This document shows, one piece after another, positions 46,437 to 55,445 of a stretch of DNA of 64,000 nt; positions within the stretch are counted from its first letter, which is position 1, and each line of letters opens with the position of its first letter. The stretch covers positions 3,256-67,255 of the forward strand of contig DASXSU010000031.1 in assembly GCA_036505795.1 (NCBI GenBank), given 5' to 3'. The position numbers were made by a program, and so were the translations under genes. The notes under the pieces were generated by a model that saw only the letters and a list, made by a program, of their open reading frames with translations, had not been told where the DNA came from and did not search any database. This DNA comes from Nitrospirales bacterium (lineage in GTDB: Bacteria; Nitrospirota; Nitrospiria; Nitrospirales; NS-4).

Positions 46437-47417
46437 TTAGGGCGTGCTCTCGATCGGCAGTCTCGTCAGCGAGAAGGGATTGACACGGGAGCCATTCAGC
46501 CAAGCTCCCCAATGCAGATGCGGGCCGGTTGCGCGGCCGCTCTTGCCGACAGTTCCAATAATCTGGCCACGCTCCACCCGATCGCCTTGCTTTACTTTCG
46601 CCGTTTGCAAATGCGAATACATAGTGTAGAGGCCCAAACCGTGGTCCAGGATCACGCTCCTGCCGCTAAAGAAATGGTCATCGACCATGCGGACAATCCC
46701 ATCGTTCGTGGCTCTGAGCGGTGTGCCAAGAGGCGCGGCAATATCCTCACCGGTATGCTGATTGCGCGGCTGGCCATTTAAAATGCGCCGGCCCCCAAAA
46801 GCCCCCGTCATCACGCCATCTACCGGCACCACGAACGGCTTCACCCAGAGGCGCTCCGGTTCGGAGCTTCCGAAGACCAGCCGGATTTCCTCGCGCTCCC
46901 TGGCGATTCGCTTCAACGCGGCGGCGTCCGGATCAACCTGACCTTTCGGCAACGTCAGACGTTGCTCCCGGAAATCCTCTGCAGCCACGGCAATCGGAAA
47001 CACCTGCTGCCGGCCGCCCTCAGACGAGGTGAACTCAACCAGAAGATCCGCAGTCCCCGGGGGATCAGCCATGTCGATGCCCACAAGGGCGGCAAATTCA
47101 TCTTCCGAAATTTTGAAAAACGGGATGCGGCGACCGAGTAGCGTCCCGAGAGCCGATATCGGGTGATCGTCGACCTTGATGCGCAGGTAAAGAATTCCCC
47201 CTTGTTTCCCGGACAAGGAGAGTGAGTGACCGACAACTGGGGAAGGGCCACTCTCTGGAGCAGCCGGACCGCCAATCGGGGGAATGTCGACAGACGCGGT
47301 TGCGAGAGCAGCGAGCGATAGCACCCAGGCAATAAGAGCAGGGAGGACCACGTCAGCGGAAGGCGCGCTGGCCTCCGACTTGTGAGAGCAGCTCCTCCAC
47401 CCGTCGGTTCGTGGCAC
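46437..47417 (-). CDS. M23-family metallopeptidase (catalytic residues intact), secreted
   Basis: HTGEDIAAPLGTP (HxxxD) and GPHLHWGAW (HxH); hydrophobic N-terminal LPALIAWVLSLAALATASV. Start is ATG 47417 (65-nt overlap with pafA) or GTG 47351. Confidence 0.8.
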   Translation of the reverse strand: MPRTDGWRSCSHKSEASAPSADVVLPALIAWVLSLAALATASVDIPPIGGPAAPESGPSPVVGHSLSLSGKQGGILYLRIKVDDHPISALGTLLGRRIPFFKISEDEFAALVGIDMADPPGTADLLVEFTSSEGGRQQVFPIAVAAEDFREQRLTLPKGQVDPDAAALKRIAREREEIRLVFGSSEPERLWVKPFVVPVDGVMTGAFGGRRILNGQPRNQHTGEDIAAPLGTPLRATNDGIVRMVDDHFFSGRSVILDHGLGLYTMYSHLQTAKVKQGDRVERGQIIGTVGKSGRATGPHLHWGAWLNGSRVNPFSLTRLPIESTP

Positions 47418-48729
47418 TGAAGGGGTCCATACAGAGAATCGTCTCTTCCCAATAGCCGTTCAGTTTGAGATAGGTCCAATCCACCGTGTACGATCGATTC
47501 TTCGCCCGGGCAAAGCGTATAAAATCGCCGCGGACCTTCGCCCGCGTGCTTTGGGGCGGGGTCGTCATCGCGCGCTGGACGTCCTCTTCCGGCACGAGCT
47601 TCTCCACCAGCTCGCGTTTTTCAAGGAGGTAATATAAGCCGCGCGACCGTTTGACGTCGTGGTACTGCAGGTCCATCAGCATAATGCGCGGGTCGTCCCA
47701 GCCGCACCCTTTTCGCTCCATGTACTGCTGCATTAACTGCTTCTTCACCACCCAATCCACCTCGTGGCAAAGCTGCATGGGGTCCTCTTCCAACCGGTCG
47801 AGCACCCCCGCCCACCGGCGCACAACGTCGGCCTCTACCGCGTCCTCCTCAGTGGACCAGAGATATTCCATCGCCCGCTCAAGATAGATCCGCTGAATCT
47901 CGATCGCGGTCAGCTCACGCCCATCTTCCAACTTGATTTTTTTCTTCAGAGTGGTATCGCGCGCAATCTCCCGGATCGCCTTCACCGGATCGTCGAGTTC
48001 GATACCATTGACCGTAAATCCGTCCTCGATCATCGACAACACGAGCGCCGCGGTCCCCACCTTTAGATATGTGGCGTGCTCGGACATGTTCGAATCGCCG
48101 ACAATAATATGTAGCCGCCGGTACTTCTCGGCGTCGGCATGCGGCTCATCACGGGTATTGATAATGCTCCGGGACGAGGTCGTGGAGGAGGACGTCTTCT
48201 CGTGAATGTGCTGTGCGCGTTGAGACAGGCAGAGCTGGGTCTTGCCGGAGAGCTTTAACACCTTGCCCGCGCCCGCGAAGACCTGCCGGGTCACAAAGAA
48301 CGGGATCAACTGCTCCGTGACCTTCCAAAAGTCCACGTCCCGTCGCATCAAAAAGTTTTCATGACAGCCGTAGGTATTACCCAACGAATCGGTGTTGTTT
48401 TTGAAGATATAAATTTCACCGGAGAGGCCTTCCTCGCGCAAGCGTTCTTCAGCCGCGGGCAGGCAGGCTTCCAGCAGCCGCTCACCCGCTTTGTCGTGGA
48501 TCACCAGATCCATGACGTTGTCACACTCAGGGGTCGAATATTCGGGATGGCACCCGGTGTCCTGATAAAATCGGGCCCCGTTGACCAAGAACGCATTTGA
48601 GGGCCAGCTATTTGGAATCAAGCCTTCGAAGATATAACCGAGGACTTTTTCGATCGGCAGGTAGATCCGGCCGTTCGGCGAGAAAATCAGGCCGTATTCG
48701 TTCTCAAGACCGAAGATGCGCGGCTTCAT
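47353..48729 (-). CDS. pafA: Pup--protein ligase-type (PafA-like) carboxylate-amine ligase
   Basis: 458 aa: IFGLENEYGL...NGARFYQDTGCHPEYSTPECD...TRDEPHADAEKYRRLHIIVGDSNMSE, collinear with mycobacterial PafA. Lacks the ~35-aa insert of the paralog. Confidence 0.8.
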   Translation of the reverse strand: MKPRIFGLENEYGLIFSPNGRIYLPIEKVLGYIFEGLIPNSWPSNAFLVNGARFYQDTGCHPEYSTPECDNVMDLVIHDKAGERLLEACLPAAEERLREEGLSGEIYIFKNNTDSLGNTYGCHENFLMRRDVDFWKVTEQLIPFFVTRQVFAGAGKVLKLSGKTQLCLSQRAQHIHEKTSSSTTSSRSIINTRDEPHADAEKYRRLHIIVGDSNMSEHATYLKVGTAALVLSMIEDGFTVNGIELDDPVKAIREIARDTTLKKKIKLEDGRELTAIEIQRIYLERAMEYLWSTEEDAVEADVVRRWAGVLDRLEEDPMQLCHEVDWVVKKQLMQQYMERKGCGWDDPRIMLMDLQYHDVKRSRGLYYLLEKRELVEKLVPEEDVQRAMTTPPQSTRAKVRGDFIRFARAKNRSYTVDWTYLKLNGYWEETILCMDPFSATNRRVEELLSQVGGQRAFR

Positions 48730-49415
48730 GAAGACGCCAAGAGCGTTCGCAGCTCCGAGGGAGCAAGCCGCCGGAAGGTCCGGCCCTGTCGGTTGCGATC
48801 CAGCACGGCAACTTCCAACCCATCAGGTCCTAATTTTTGATTTGTCACGCTGTCCAAGGCTTCGACGCTCAGCTTTAGAGCGTCCCGTAAAGAAATGGTA
48901 CCTGCTGCTGAGCGTCCCTTGAGAAAGGCCAAGAGATTTTCGAACTTGCCCCCGATCACCGCGATCCCTCGCTCGTCAATGATGCTGCCGTCAAAAGAGA
49001 TTCGGTACATCTCGTTGCTCTTTTCGCCTTCCCCGACCTCGACCACCAGAATTTCGACCTCCAACGGCTTGGGGTCGGTACTGAAAATCGATCCGATGGT
49101 CTGCGAGTAGGCATTCGCGAGAGACTTGGCGGTCACGTCCTCGCGACTGTACATATAGCCCTTCAGGTCCGCGTGCCGAATCCCGGCTTTCCGGAGAATT
49201 TCATACTCATTGTACTTGCCGGCCCCTGAAAAAGCGATGCGGTCGTACATCTCGGAGATCTTATGAAGGGACGCGCTGGGATTGTCCGCAACCAGGAGAA
49301 TGCCATCGGCATTTTCCATGGCGATGATGGACCGGCCCTTGGCAATACCCTTCTTGGCATACTCGGCCTTATCGGCCATCATCTGCTCAGGAGAGACGTA
49401 GTATGGTAATGCCAC
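48726..49415 (-). CDS. prcA: 20S proteasome alpha subunit
   Basis: MALPYYVSPEQMMADKAEYAKKGIAKGRS...LHKISEMYDRIAFSGAGKYNEYE, very similar in layout to M. tuberculosis PrcA. Confidence 0.9.
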   Translation of the reverse strand: MALPYYVSPEQMMADKAEYAKKGIAKGRSIIAMENADGILLVADNPSASLHKISEMYDRIAFSGAGKYNEYEILRKAGIRHADLKGYMYSREDVTAKSLANAYSQTIGSIFSTDPKPLEVEILVVEVGEGEKSNEMYRISFDGSIIDERGIAVIGGKFENLLAFLKGRSAAGTISLRDALKLSVEALDSVTNQKLGPDGLEVAVLDRNRQGRTFRRLAPSELRTLLASS

Positions 49416-49417
49416 GG

Positions 49418-50242
49418 CTACCCCTTCTCCCGGCGGCTTGCAATCAGTGCCCGACAGGCGTCGGCGATCTGCGCTTCCTGAAGATCGCGGACCCCTTCTT
49501 CGGTGATCATTTTGATGGTCGGATAGATTCCACGGATTAAATCCGGCCCACCCGTTCCCACATCTTCTTCCGCCGCATTGTAGAGCGCCTCCACGGCTAC
49601 CTTCAGCGCGTCGGATTCGGGGAGATCCCGCCGGTAGAGCAGCTTCATCGTATCCCGAGCGTCCTTGCCACCGGAGCCGACGGCGTAATACTCGATTTCC
49701 TCGTAGCGTCCGCCCGTCACATCGTATTTGAAGATCCGGCCCTCTCGGCGCTTCAGATCGTACCCTGCGAAAATCGGCACTACCACCAAGCCCTGAAAGG
49801 CCATGGGCAGATTGCCCCGAACCATCTGCGCCAGCTTATTTGCCTTTCCCTCGCAGGAGAGAATATCGCCTTCCAGTTTCTCGTAATGCTCCAGCTCAAT
49901 CTGAAACAGGCGGGCAAGTTCGAGGGCCGGTCCCGCCGCTCCAGCGATGGCAACAGCTGAATGCTGATCGGTCCTGAACACCTTGTCAATTCGGCGAGAG
50001 GCCACCTGAAAGCCCTCGGTCGCCTGCCGATCGCCGGCGATCAGGACTCCGCCCCGGAATCGGATCGCAAGGATCGTCGTGCCATGCGGGACTGGCGGCA
50101 TGCCGGTTGACGTCGAAAAGGGGGTGCCGGGCGCCGAACGGGATCCGGGCTCGGCCAAGGGGGAGCCCAAAGAACCGGGGCGGCTGTTTACGAGAAAATC
50201 GTAGAAGCTTGACCCTGGATTATCGTCCCTGTGCAGCGGCAC
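49418..50242 (-). CDS. prcB: 20S proteasome beta subunit with propeptide
   Basis: Propeptide SSFYDFLV... (cf. Mtb SSFTDFLR), processing site PHG/TTILAIRF (Thr1) and LELEHYEKLEG. GTG start 7 nt after the dop stop. Confidence 0.9.
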   Translation of the reverse strand: MPLHRDDNPGSSFYDFLVNSRPGSLGSPLAEPGSRSAPGTPFSTSTGMPPVPHGTTILAIRFRGGVLIAGDRQATEGFQVASRRIDKVFRTDQHSAVAIAGAAGPALELARLFQIELEHYEKLEGDILSCEGKANKLAQMVRGNLPMAFQGLVVVPIFAGYDLKRREGRIFKYDVTGGRYEEIEYYAVGSGGKDARDTMKLLYRRDLPESDALKVAVEALYNAAEEDVGTGGPDLIRGIYPTIKMITEEGVRDLQEAQIADACRALIASRREKG

Positions 50243-50249
50243 GGGGCGG

Positions 50250-51731
50250 TCAGGCCTTCAACTTGGTCAAGAGAGAATCGACCGTATCGGATTCGTCCAG
50301 TAAGCCTTTGGTGAGCGATTCGGTCCCGCGCGTGGGTTCCATGAGCGGGACTTTCTTGATGGCGGCATTGCCGATATCGAACAGCACCGATGTCCAACTT
50401 GCGGCATAGACTTCCTGCGGCCACTTCTTCACACAGCCCGCCCGAAAATAGGCGCGGGTTTCGGTTGGCGCATGGCTCTCCGCACGGAGCACCTCGGCAT
50501 CCGACACAATCCGTTCGATGTGATGCCCTCGCTCGAGCGTGAAATACAGCCCTTTCTCCGGCCGCACATCGTGATACTGAAGGTCCATCATCGCCGCACG
50601 AGGGTCATCCCAGCCACACCCCTTCCGCTCGATGTAGGCTTCGATGAGAGACCGCTTGGCCGTCCAGTCCAGTTCGCGCACCAGATCACGAGGATCGTGC
50701 TCAAGCTTATCAAGCGTCTCTTCCCAGCGCACCATGACCTCCTTGACCGGGACAGTGAGCTCATGGCTGGCATAGAAATCCTGCGCGGCCTTCAAATAGG
50801 CACGCTGAATGGCGATAGCAGTCATGGGCTTCCCGCCGCTGAGGCGAAGGTCCGCCTTAACCGCGAGATCCCTGGAGACCTGCTTAATCGCCTGGACGGG
50901 ATCTTCGACGTCGATCGGCGGAAGGGGCCAATCGGCTTCGACCATGTCGAGAAGAATCGCCATCGTTCCGACCTTCAGATAGGTCGAACATTCCGCCATA
51001 TTCACATCCCCGGCGATGACATGCAGACGACGATACTTGGCCGGATCGGCATGCGGTTCATCCCGGGTATTGACGATGGGGCGTTTGACCATGGTGTTGA
51101 GATCTACGAGCGATTCAAAGAAATCGGCTCGCTGGGATATCTGATACTGACACGGCGCGGTTTGATTCTCGGCCCCAATCTTGCCGGCCCCTGCGTAGAT
51201 CTGGCGGGTGACAAGAAACGGAAGCAAGGCGCGCACGAATCGTTCGAAGGCTACTGTCCGGCTCACAAGATAATTCTCGTGATAGCCATAGCTATTGCCT
51301 TTTCCGTCCGTGTTGTTCTTATAGACGAGGAACTTTCCTGGTCCACGCACCTGTTCAACACCGCGAAGCGCCGCGGCGACGATCCGCTCCCCCGCCTTTT
51401 CGTAGGCCACGACTTCCCTGGCGGTCACGCATTCCGGGCTGGAGTATTCGGGATGTGCGCCGTCGACATAGAGCCGACCGCCGTTTGCGAGAACTTTGTT
51501 CAGCAACCGGTTGTAGTCCGGACCGGGTCGCTCTCTCTCGCCCTCGACTTCGAAGCCCCGAATATCAAGCAGTGGGTTCTCATTCTCGTAGTCCCACAGA
51601 ATTTTCGGGGACGGAAAATGCGGGTAATGATTGATTAGAAACAGGGAATTTGAAACGGGGTCGGCGGCGTCCGTATCGCGGGTGGCGATGCCGAACTCAG
51701 TCTCCGTCCCCAGGACTCGCTTGATCATCAT
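50250..51731 (-). CDS. dop: Dop-type deamidase/depupylase
   Basis: 493 aa: VLGTETEFGIA...WDYENENPLLDIRGFE...NGGRLYVDGAHPEYSSPEC...TRDEPHADPAKYRRLHVIAGDVNMAE. About 35 aa longer than the PafA-like paralog. Confidence 0.8.
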   Translation of the reverse strand: MMIKRVLGTETEFGIATRDTDAADPVSNSLFLINHYPHFPSPKILWDYENENPLLDIRGFEVEGERERPGPDYNRLLNKVLANGGRLYVDGAHPEYSSPECVTAREVVAYEKAGERIVAAALRGVEQVRGPGKFLVYKNNTDGKGNSYGYHENYLVSRTVAFERFVRALLPFLVTRQIYAGAGKIGAENQTAPCQYQISQRADFFESLVDLNTMVKRPIVNTRDEPHADPAKYRRLHVIAGDVNMAECSTYLKVGTMAILLDMVEADWPLPPIDVEDPVQAIKQVSRDLAVKADLRLSGGKPMTAIAIQRAYLKAAQDFYASHELTVPVKEVMVRWEETLDKLEHDPRDLVRELDWTAKRSLIEAYIERKGCGWDDPRAAMMDLQYHDVRPEKGLYFTLERGHHIERIVSDAEVLRAESHAPTETRAYFRAGCVKKWPQEVYAASWTSVLFDIGNAAIKKVPLMEPTRGTESLTKGLLDESDTVDSLLTKLKA

Positions 51732-51755
51732 GCTGCCGTCTCAGGTGAATACAAA

Positions 51756-53513
51756 TCAGAGATAATGGCCGGTGGTGACGGTCTCAATCCGACGGGACTC
51801 GTTGGAGCCAGCCGTAATGGTACGGACATGGACGATCCTATCGGCTTTCTTCCCGGCGATCTTCGCCCAATCGTCTGGATTGGTCGTGTTCGGCAGGTCT
51901 TCATGTTCCTTGAACTCGTCCCGTACGGCCTTCAGAAGGTCCTCGGCCTTGATGCCCCGTTCTCCCTTGGCCAACAGGCGTTTAATGGCGTATTTCTTGG
52001 CACGCGACACGATCCCTTCGATCAAGGCCCCGCTGGCGAAGTCCTTGAGGTAAAACGTCTCCTTGTCGCCGTTGCCGTACGTGACCTCCAGATACTGGTT
52101 CTCTTCGCTCAAGGCGTACATCGATTCGACTGTTTGCGTGATCAGACGCTCCACGGCTCGTGTCGCATCCTCCCCATCCTGTGTGAGTTCCTGAGCATGC
52201 CAAGGAAGATCGGCGGTCAGGTATTTCGAAAAGATATCCTTCGCCGCCGCTTTGTCCGGGCGGTCGATTTTTATCTTCACGTCCAACCGGCCGGGACGGA
52301 GCACGGCCGGATCGATGAGATCCTGCCGATTACTGGCGCCGATGACAATGACGTTTCGCAACCGCTCCACGCCGTCGATCTCGGACAAAAATTGGGGCAC
52401 GATGGTGGACTCCACATCTGAGGAAATGCCGCTGCCACGCGTGCGAAAAAGCGCGTCCATCTCGTCAAAAAAGACAATGACCGGGAAGCCGTCGTCCGCT
52501 TTCTCCTTGGCCTTCTTAAAGACTTCGCGAATCTGGCGCTCTGATTCCCCGACGTATTTGTTGAGAAGTTCCGGTCCCTTCACATGCAGGAAGAAACTGC
52601 GGACTTCTTTCGACGTCAGATGCCCGAGTTTGTGCGCGATCGAATTGGCGACCGCCTTGGCGATCAGGGTCTTGCCACAACCTGGAGGACCGTACAGAAG
52701 CACCCCCTTAGGAGCCCGCAACTTGTGTTCCTTGAAAAGCTCGGGATGCAGAACCGGCAACTCCACGGCATCCTGGATCTGCTCGATCTGGTCGTGGAGT
52801 CCGCCGATGTCCGTATACTTGATGTCCGGCACCTCCTCTAGCACCAATTCCTCGACTTCGGACTTCGGGAGCTTTTCGAGCAAGTAGCCCGAGCGCGCGT
52901 CGTACAAGAGGTGATCGCCGACGCTCAGTCGCTGTACCAGCAGCGGTTCGGCGAACTCTGCAACCCGCTCCTCATCAGTCCGCAGCGTCACGATAGCTCG
53001 TTTTCCATCGAGATTGTCCTTCACGCGGACGACTTCGCCCTGCACATCAAACCCTCGGCATTCAATCACATTCAAGGCTTCGTTGAGGATGACTTCCTGG
53101 CCCTTGCGGAGATCTTTAACGCGAATGGATGGGTGTAGGTTGACCTTCAGCTTGCGACCGGTGACATAGACGTTCACCGTTTCATCGTCATTCGCGCCCG
53201 AGTAGATCCCATAGGAGGCCGGCGGAGCGGTAAGTTTTTCCACTTCCATCCGCATGGCCTCGATCCGAGACTTTGCTTCCTGAAGCGCCTCGGTCAGTCG
53301 ATCATTCTGTTTGTGCACCTGCTCAAGCTGCGCTCGCGTCTGGCTCAGCCGGCGCACCTCTTCTTCGAGAGAACGGATCTGAACCAGGAGTTTCTCTTTG
53401 TCGCGCTGCTCATCGTGCATGCCGCCCTCCTCAGAGTGCTCATCGGACAGGCGCTCGGTTAACTTCTTCACGGTATTCCGAATCGAACTCAATCGCCCGG
53501 GAGCCTTCTTCAT
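51756..53513 (-). CDS. mpa: proteasome-associated AAA ATPase (Mpa/ARC)
   Basis: N-terminal coiled coil, OB domains, GPPGCGKT Walker [16 protein letters not shown]-terminus is ...TGHYL (cf. mycobacterial GQYL tail). Confidence 0.9.
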   Translation of the reverse strand: MKKAPGRLSSIRNTVKKLTERLSDEHSEEGGMHDEQRDKEKLLVQIRSLEEEVRRLSQTRAQLEQVHKQNDRLTEALQEAKSRIEAMRMEVEKLTAPPASYGIYSGANDDETVNVYVTGRKLKVNLHPSIRVKDLRKGQEVILNEALNVIECRGFDVQGEVVRVKDNLDGKRAIVTLRTDEERVAEFAEPLLVQRLSVGDHLLYDARSGYLLEKLPKSEVEELVLEEVPDIKYTDIGGLHDQIEQIQDAVELPVLHPELFKEHKLRAPKGVLLYGPPGCGKTLIAKAVANSIAHKLGHLTSKEVRSFFLHVKGPELLNKYVGESERQIREVFKKAKEKADDGFPVIVFFDEMDALFRTRGSGISSDVESTIVPQFLSEIDGVERLRNVIVIGASNRQDLIDPAVLRPGRLDVKIKIDRPDKAAAKDIFSKYLTADLPWHAQELTQDGEDATRAVERLITQTVESMYALSEENQYLEVTYGNGDKETFYLKDFASGALIEGIVSRAKKYAIKRLLAKGERGIKAEDLLKAVRDEFKEHEDLPNTTNPDDWAKIAGKKADRIVHVRTITAGSNESRRIETVTTGHYL

Positions 53514-53560
53514 CGATGACGCCTTACTCGGTGCAAAAACGCCTCAACACTATTTAGATT

Positions 53561-54244
53561 CTAGCATCGCGTTCCTTGAGGGTCAACAGCCCCTCCAGCC
53601 ACTTCCGTAGGTGGCCACTTCTCAAGTTCAGTCAAAAACTCTTTGCAGGCGCGCTCCACGTCACTCGCAGCCATCACACTCCCTACAACCGCGACGCCAT
53701 GTGCGCCCGCATGCCGCACATCGCGTACGCGCGCCGGCGTGATCCCGCCGATGCCGAACAGAGGAAGCCGGCAGTGTCGTCGCGCTCGCTCGAACTCCGG
53801 CAGACCGATCGGCGGACCGAACGCGCGTTTCGATGGCGTTTCGAAGATTGGACCGAGTACCACAAAGTCCGCCCCGGCCGATTCGGCGCGGAGCGCTTCC
53901 TCGGCTGAATGCGCCGAAATCCCTATGATGGCGCTCTGGCCCATCAGGCGGCGCGCAACCAACGGCGCAATCCCGTGCGCGGGCAGATGCACCGCGCCGC
54001 TCCCGACCGTCATTGCCAGGTCGATCCGGTCGTTAATGGCGAGTCTCGCCCCCTGCGCCGTGGCCAGCTGCAACAAGTCGCGAGCGAGCGACAGTAATGG
54101 CCGTGTCGGGAGATCTTTTTCACGAAGCTGGATGGCGCGCACCCCTGCTCCAAGGGCCACGCGGCAAACATCAAGGAGGGATCGCCCCTGAACCTGGTGC
54201 CGATCGGTAATTAAATAGAACGAAAAATCAACCCTGTGCCCCAT
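53561..54244 (-). CDS. thiE: thiamine-phosphate synthase
   Basis: FYLITDR...IQLREKD...INDRIDLA...GISAHS...DFVVLGPIFETPSK...FGIGGI. Confidence 0.85.
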   Translation of the reverse strand: MGHRVDFSFYLITDRHQVQGRSLLDVCRVALGAGVRAIQLREKDLPTRPLLSLARDLLQLATAQGARLAINDRIDLAMTVGSGAVHLPAHGIAPLVARRLMGQSAIIGISAHSAEEALRAESAGADFVVLGPIFETPSKRAFGPPIGLPEFERARRHCRLPLFGIGGITPARVRDVRHAGAHGVAVVGSVMAASDVERACKEFLTELEKWPPTEVAGGAVDPQGTRC

Positions 54245-54273
54245 AACGGAGGTCAGCGGAGGATCAAGAGTAC

Positions 54274-55047
54274 CTACAACATTCCCTCGATGGGACTGCT
54301 CGCGGTCGCGTACAGCTTCCTCGGGATGCGGCCGGCTTTAAACGCCAGGCGTCCTGCCCACACGGCATACTTCATGGCTTCCGCCATGACGATCGGCTCC
54401 TTCGCGCCCGCAATCGCAGTATTCATCAACACCGCATCGGCGCCGTACTCCATGGCCAATGCGGCATCCGAGGCCGTCCCGACACCCGCGTCAACGATGA
54501 CCGGGACCTTGACGGCTTCCATTAAAATCTTCAGGTTGTACGGATTGCGAATCCCCAGACCCGAACCAATAGGCGCCGCCAGAGGCATCACGGCAGGACA
54601 ACCAAGATCTACCAGGCGCTTCGCCACAATCGGATCATCATTGGTATAGGGCAAGACGATGAATCCTTCCTTCACTAAAATTTTGGCCGCTTCGAGCAAG
54701 CCCGCCGTGTCCGGAAATAACGTCTTCTCATCCCCGATGACTTCCAGTTTCACCATATCGGAGATGCCGGCCGCGCGCGCCAGCCGGGCATATCGAAGCG
54801 CATCTTCGACGGTATAGCAACCGGCCGTGTTCGGCAGGATTTTGTATTTTTTGGGACTGAGATAATCCAATAAATTCTCGGATGCTCGATCGGTAATGTT
54901 TACTCGCCGCACGGCGACCGTCACCATATCCGCTCCCGAGGCCTCGATCGCTTTTTGCGTTTCGATGAAATCCTTGTATTTACCCGTGCCAACCCATAGA
55001 CGGGATCCGATTTCAACGCCGGCGATGGTCAGCACGTCATCCTTCAT
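54274..55047 (-). CDS. thiG: thiazole synthase
   Basis: From ATG 55047: [24 protein letters not shown]...VTVAVRR...LPNTAGC...[13 protein letters not shown]. Confidence 0.9.
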   Translation of the reverse strand: MKDDVLTIAGVEIGSRLWVGTGKYKDFIETQKAIEASGADMVTVAVRRVNITDRASENLLDYLSPKKYKILPNTAGCYTVEDALRYARLARAAGISDMVKLEVIGDEKTLFPDTAGLLEAAKILVKEGFIVLPYTNDDPIVAKRLVDLGCPAVMPLAAPIGSGLGIRNPYNLKILMEAVKVPVIVDAGVGTASDAALAMEYGADAVLMNTAIAGAKEPIVMAEAMKYAVWAGRLAFKAGRIPRKLYATASSPIEGML

Positions 55048-55337
55048 GCGATCTCCTTGCCTCCGCCCGCCGCCCTGGGAGTCATCGACCCCTTGCAACG
55101 AAGAGCAACGGGTGCCCCGGACAGACTCCTTGTCCCCCCGCCGCCGCCAATAAACCCGATCACCTCGACTCGATCCCCGTCGCGCAGGGCAGTCCCTTCA
55201 AAAGCGCGCCGATCCACGATCGTGAGGTTCACTTCGACCGCCACCTGATTACTTCGGATCTTGAGGTCCGATAAAAGAGAAGCGATCGAGCAGGCTTCCG
55301 GCACATCCCGTGACTCCCCGTTCAGCACAATTCGCAT
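55044..55337 (-). CDS. thiS: ThiS sulfur-carrier protein with a ~30-aa extension beyond the C-terminal Gly-Gly
   Basis: From ATG 55337: [25 protein letters not shown]...[16 protein letters not shown], then [29 protein letters not shown] to the TGA overlapping the thiG ATG. Confidence 0.75.
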   Translation of the reverse strand: MRIVLNGESRDVPEACSIASLLSDLKIRSNQVAVEVNLTIVDRRAFEGTALRDGDRVEVIGFIGGGGGTRSLSGAPVALRCKGSMTPRAAGGGKEIA

Positions 55338-55411
55338 GCTTCTCGGCATCTTATCATACGGCTGCGAAACCCTGTCAATGCCACGGCCCATCACCGCGCT
55401 TCGTGACGCTC

Positions 55412-55440
55412 TTGGCGCGGCTCGTTGTGATGCCTATAAT
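55412..55440 (+). promoter_or_regulatory. candidate promoter giving a leaderless mRNA for the HhH gene
   Basis: TTGGCG (55412-55417), 17 nt, TATAAT (55435-55440). The ATG at 55446 is 5 nt after the -10 box, with no room for an RBS. Confidence 0.4.
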
Positions 55441-55445
55441 ACGCC

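Noticed and set aside
47353-47380. PafA C-terminus ...SQVGGQRAFR as a fused or hidden Pup-like GGQ end
   Set aside because: The GGQ is internal, followed by four more residues. The segment aligns with the normal PafA C-terminal helix.
50472-51638. 388-aa plus-strand ORF
   Set aside because: It is antisense to dop, which is strongly supported by homology to mycobacterial Dop.
53420-53513. First 31 codons of the mpa ORF (MKKAPGRL...SDEHSEEGG, followed by Met) as a mini-Pup
   Set aside because: There is no stop codon after GG. It is too short, unlike Pup or UBact, and mycobacterial Mpa also has a ~20-aa N-terminal lead-in before the coiled coil.
55338-55445. Possible TPP riboswitch (THI-box) upstream of thiS
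   Set aside because: The leader lacks the conserved CUGAGA and ACCUGAUCUGGAUAAUGCCAGCG-type elements when read by eye. A covariance-model scan (Rfam RF00059) would settle it.
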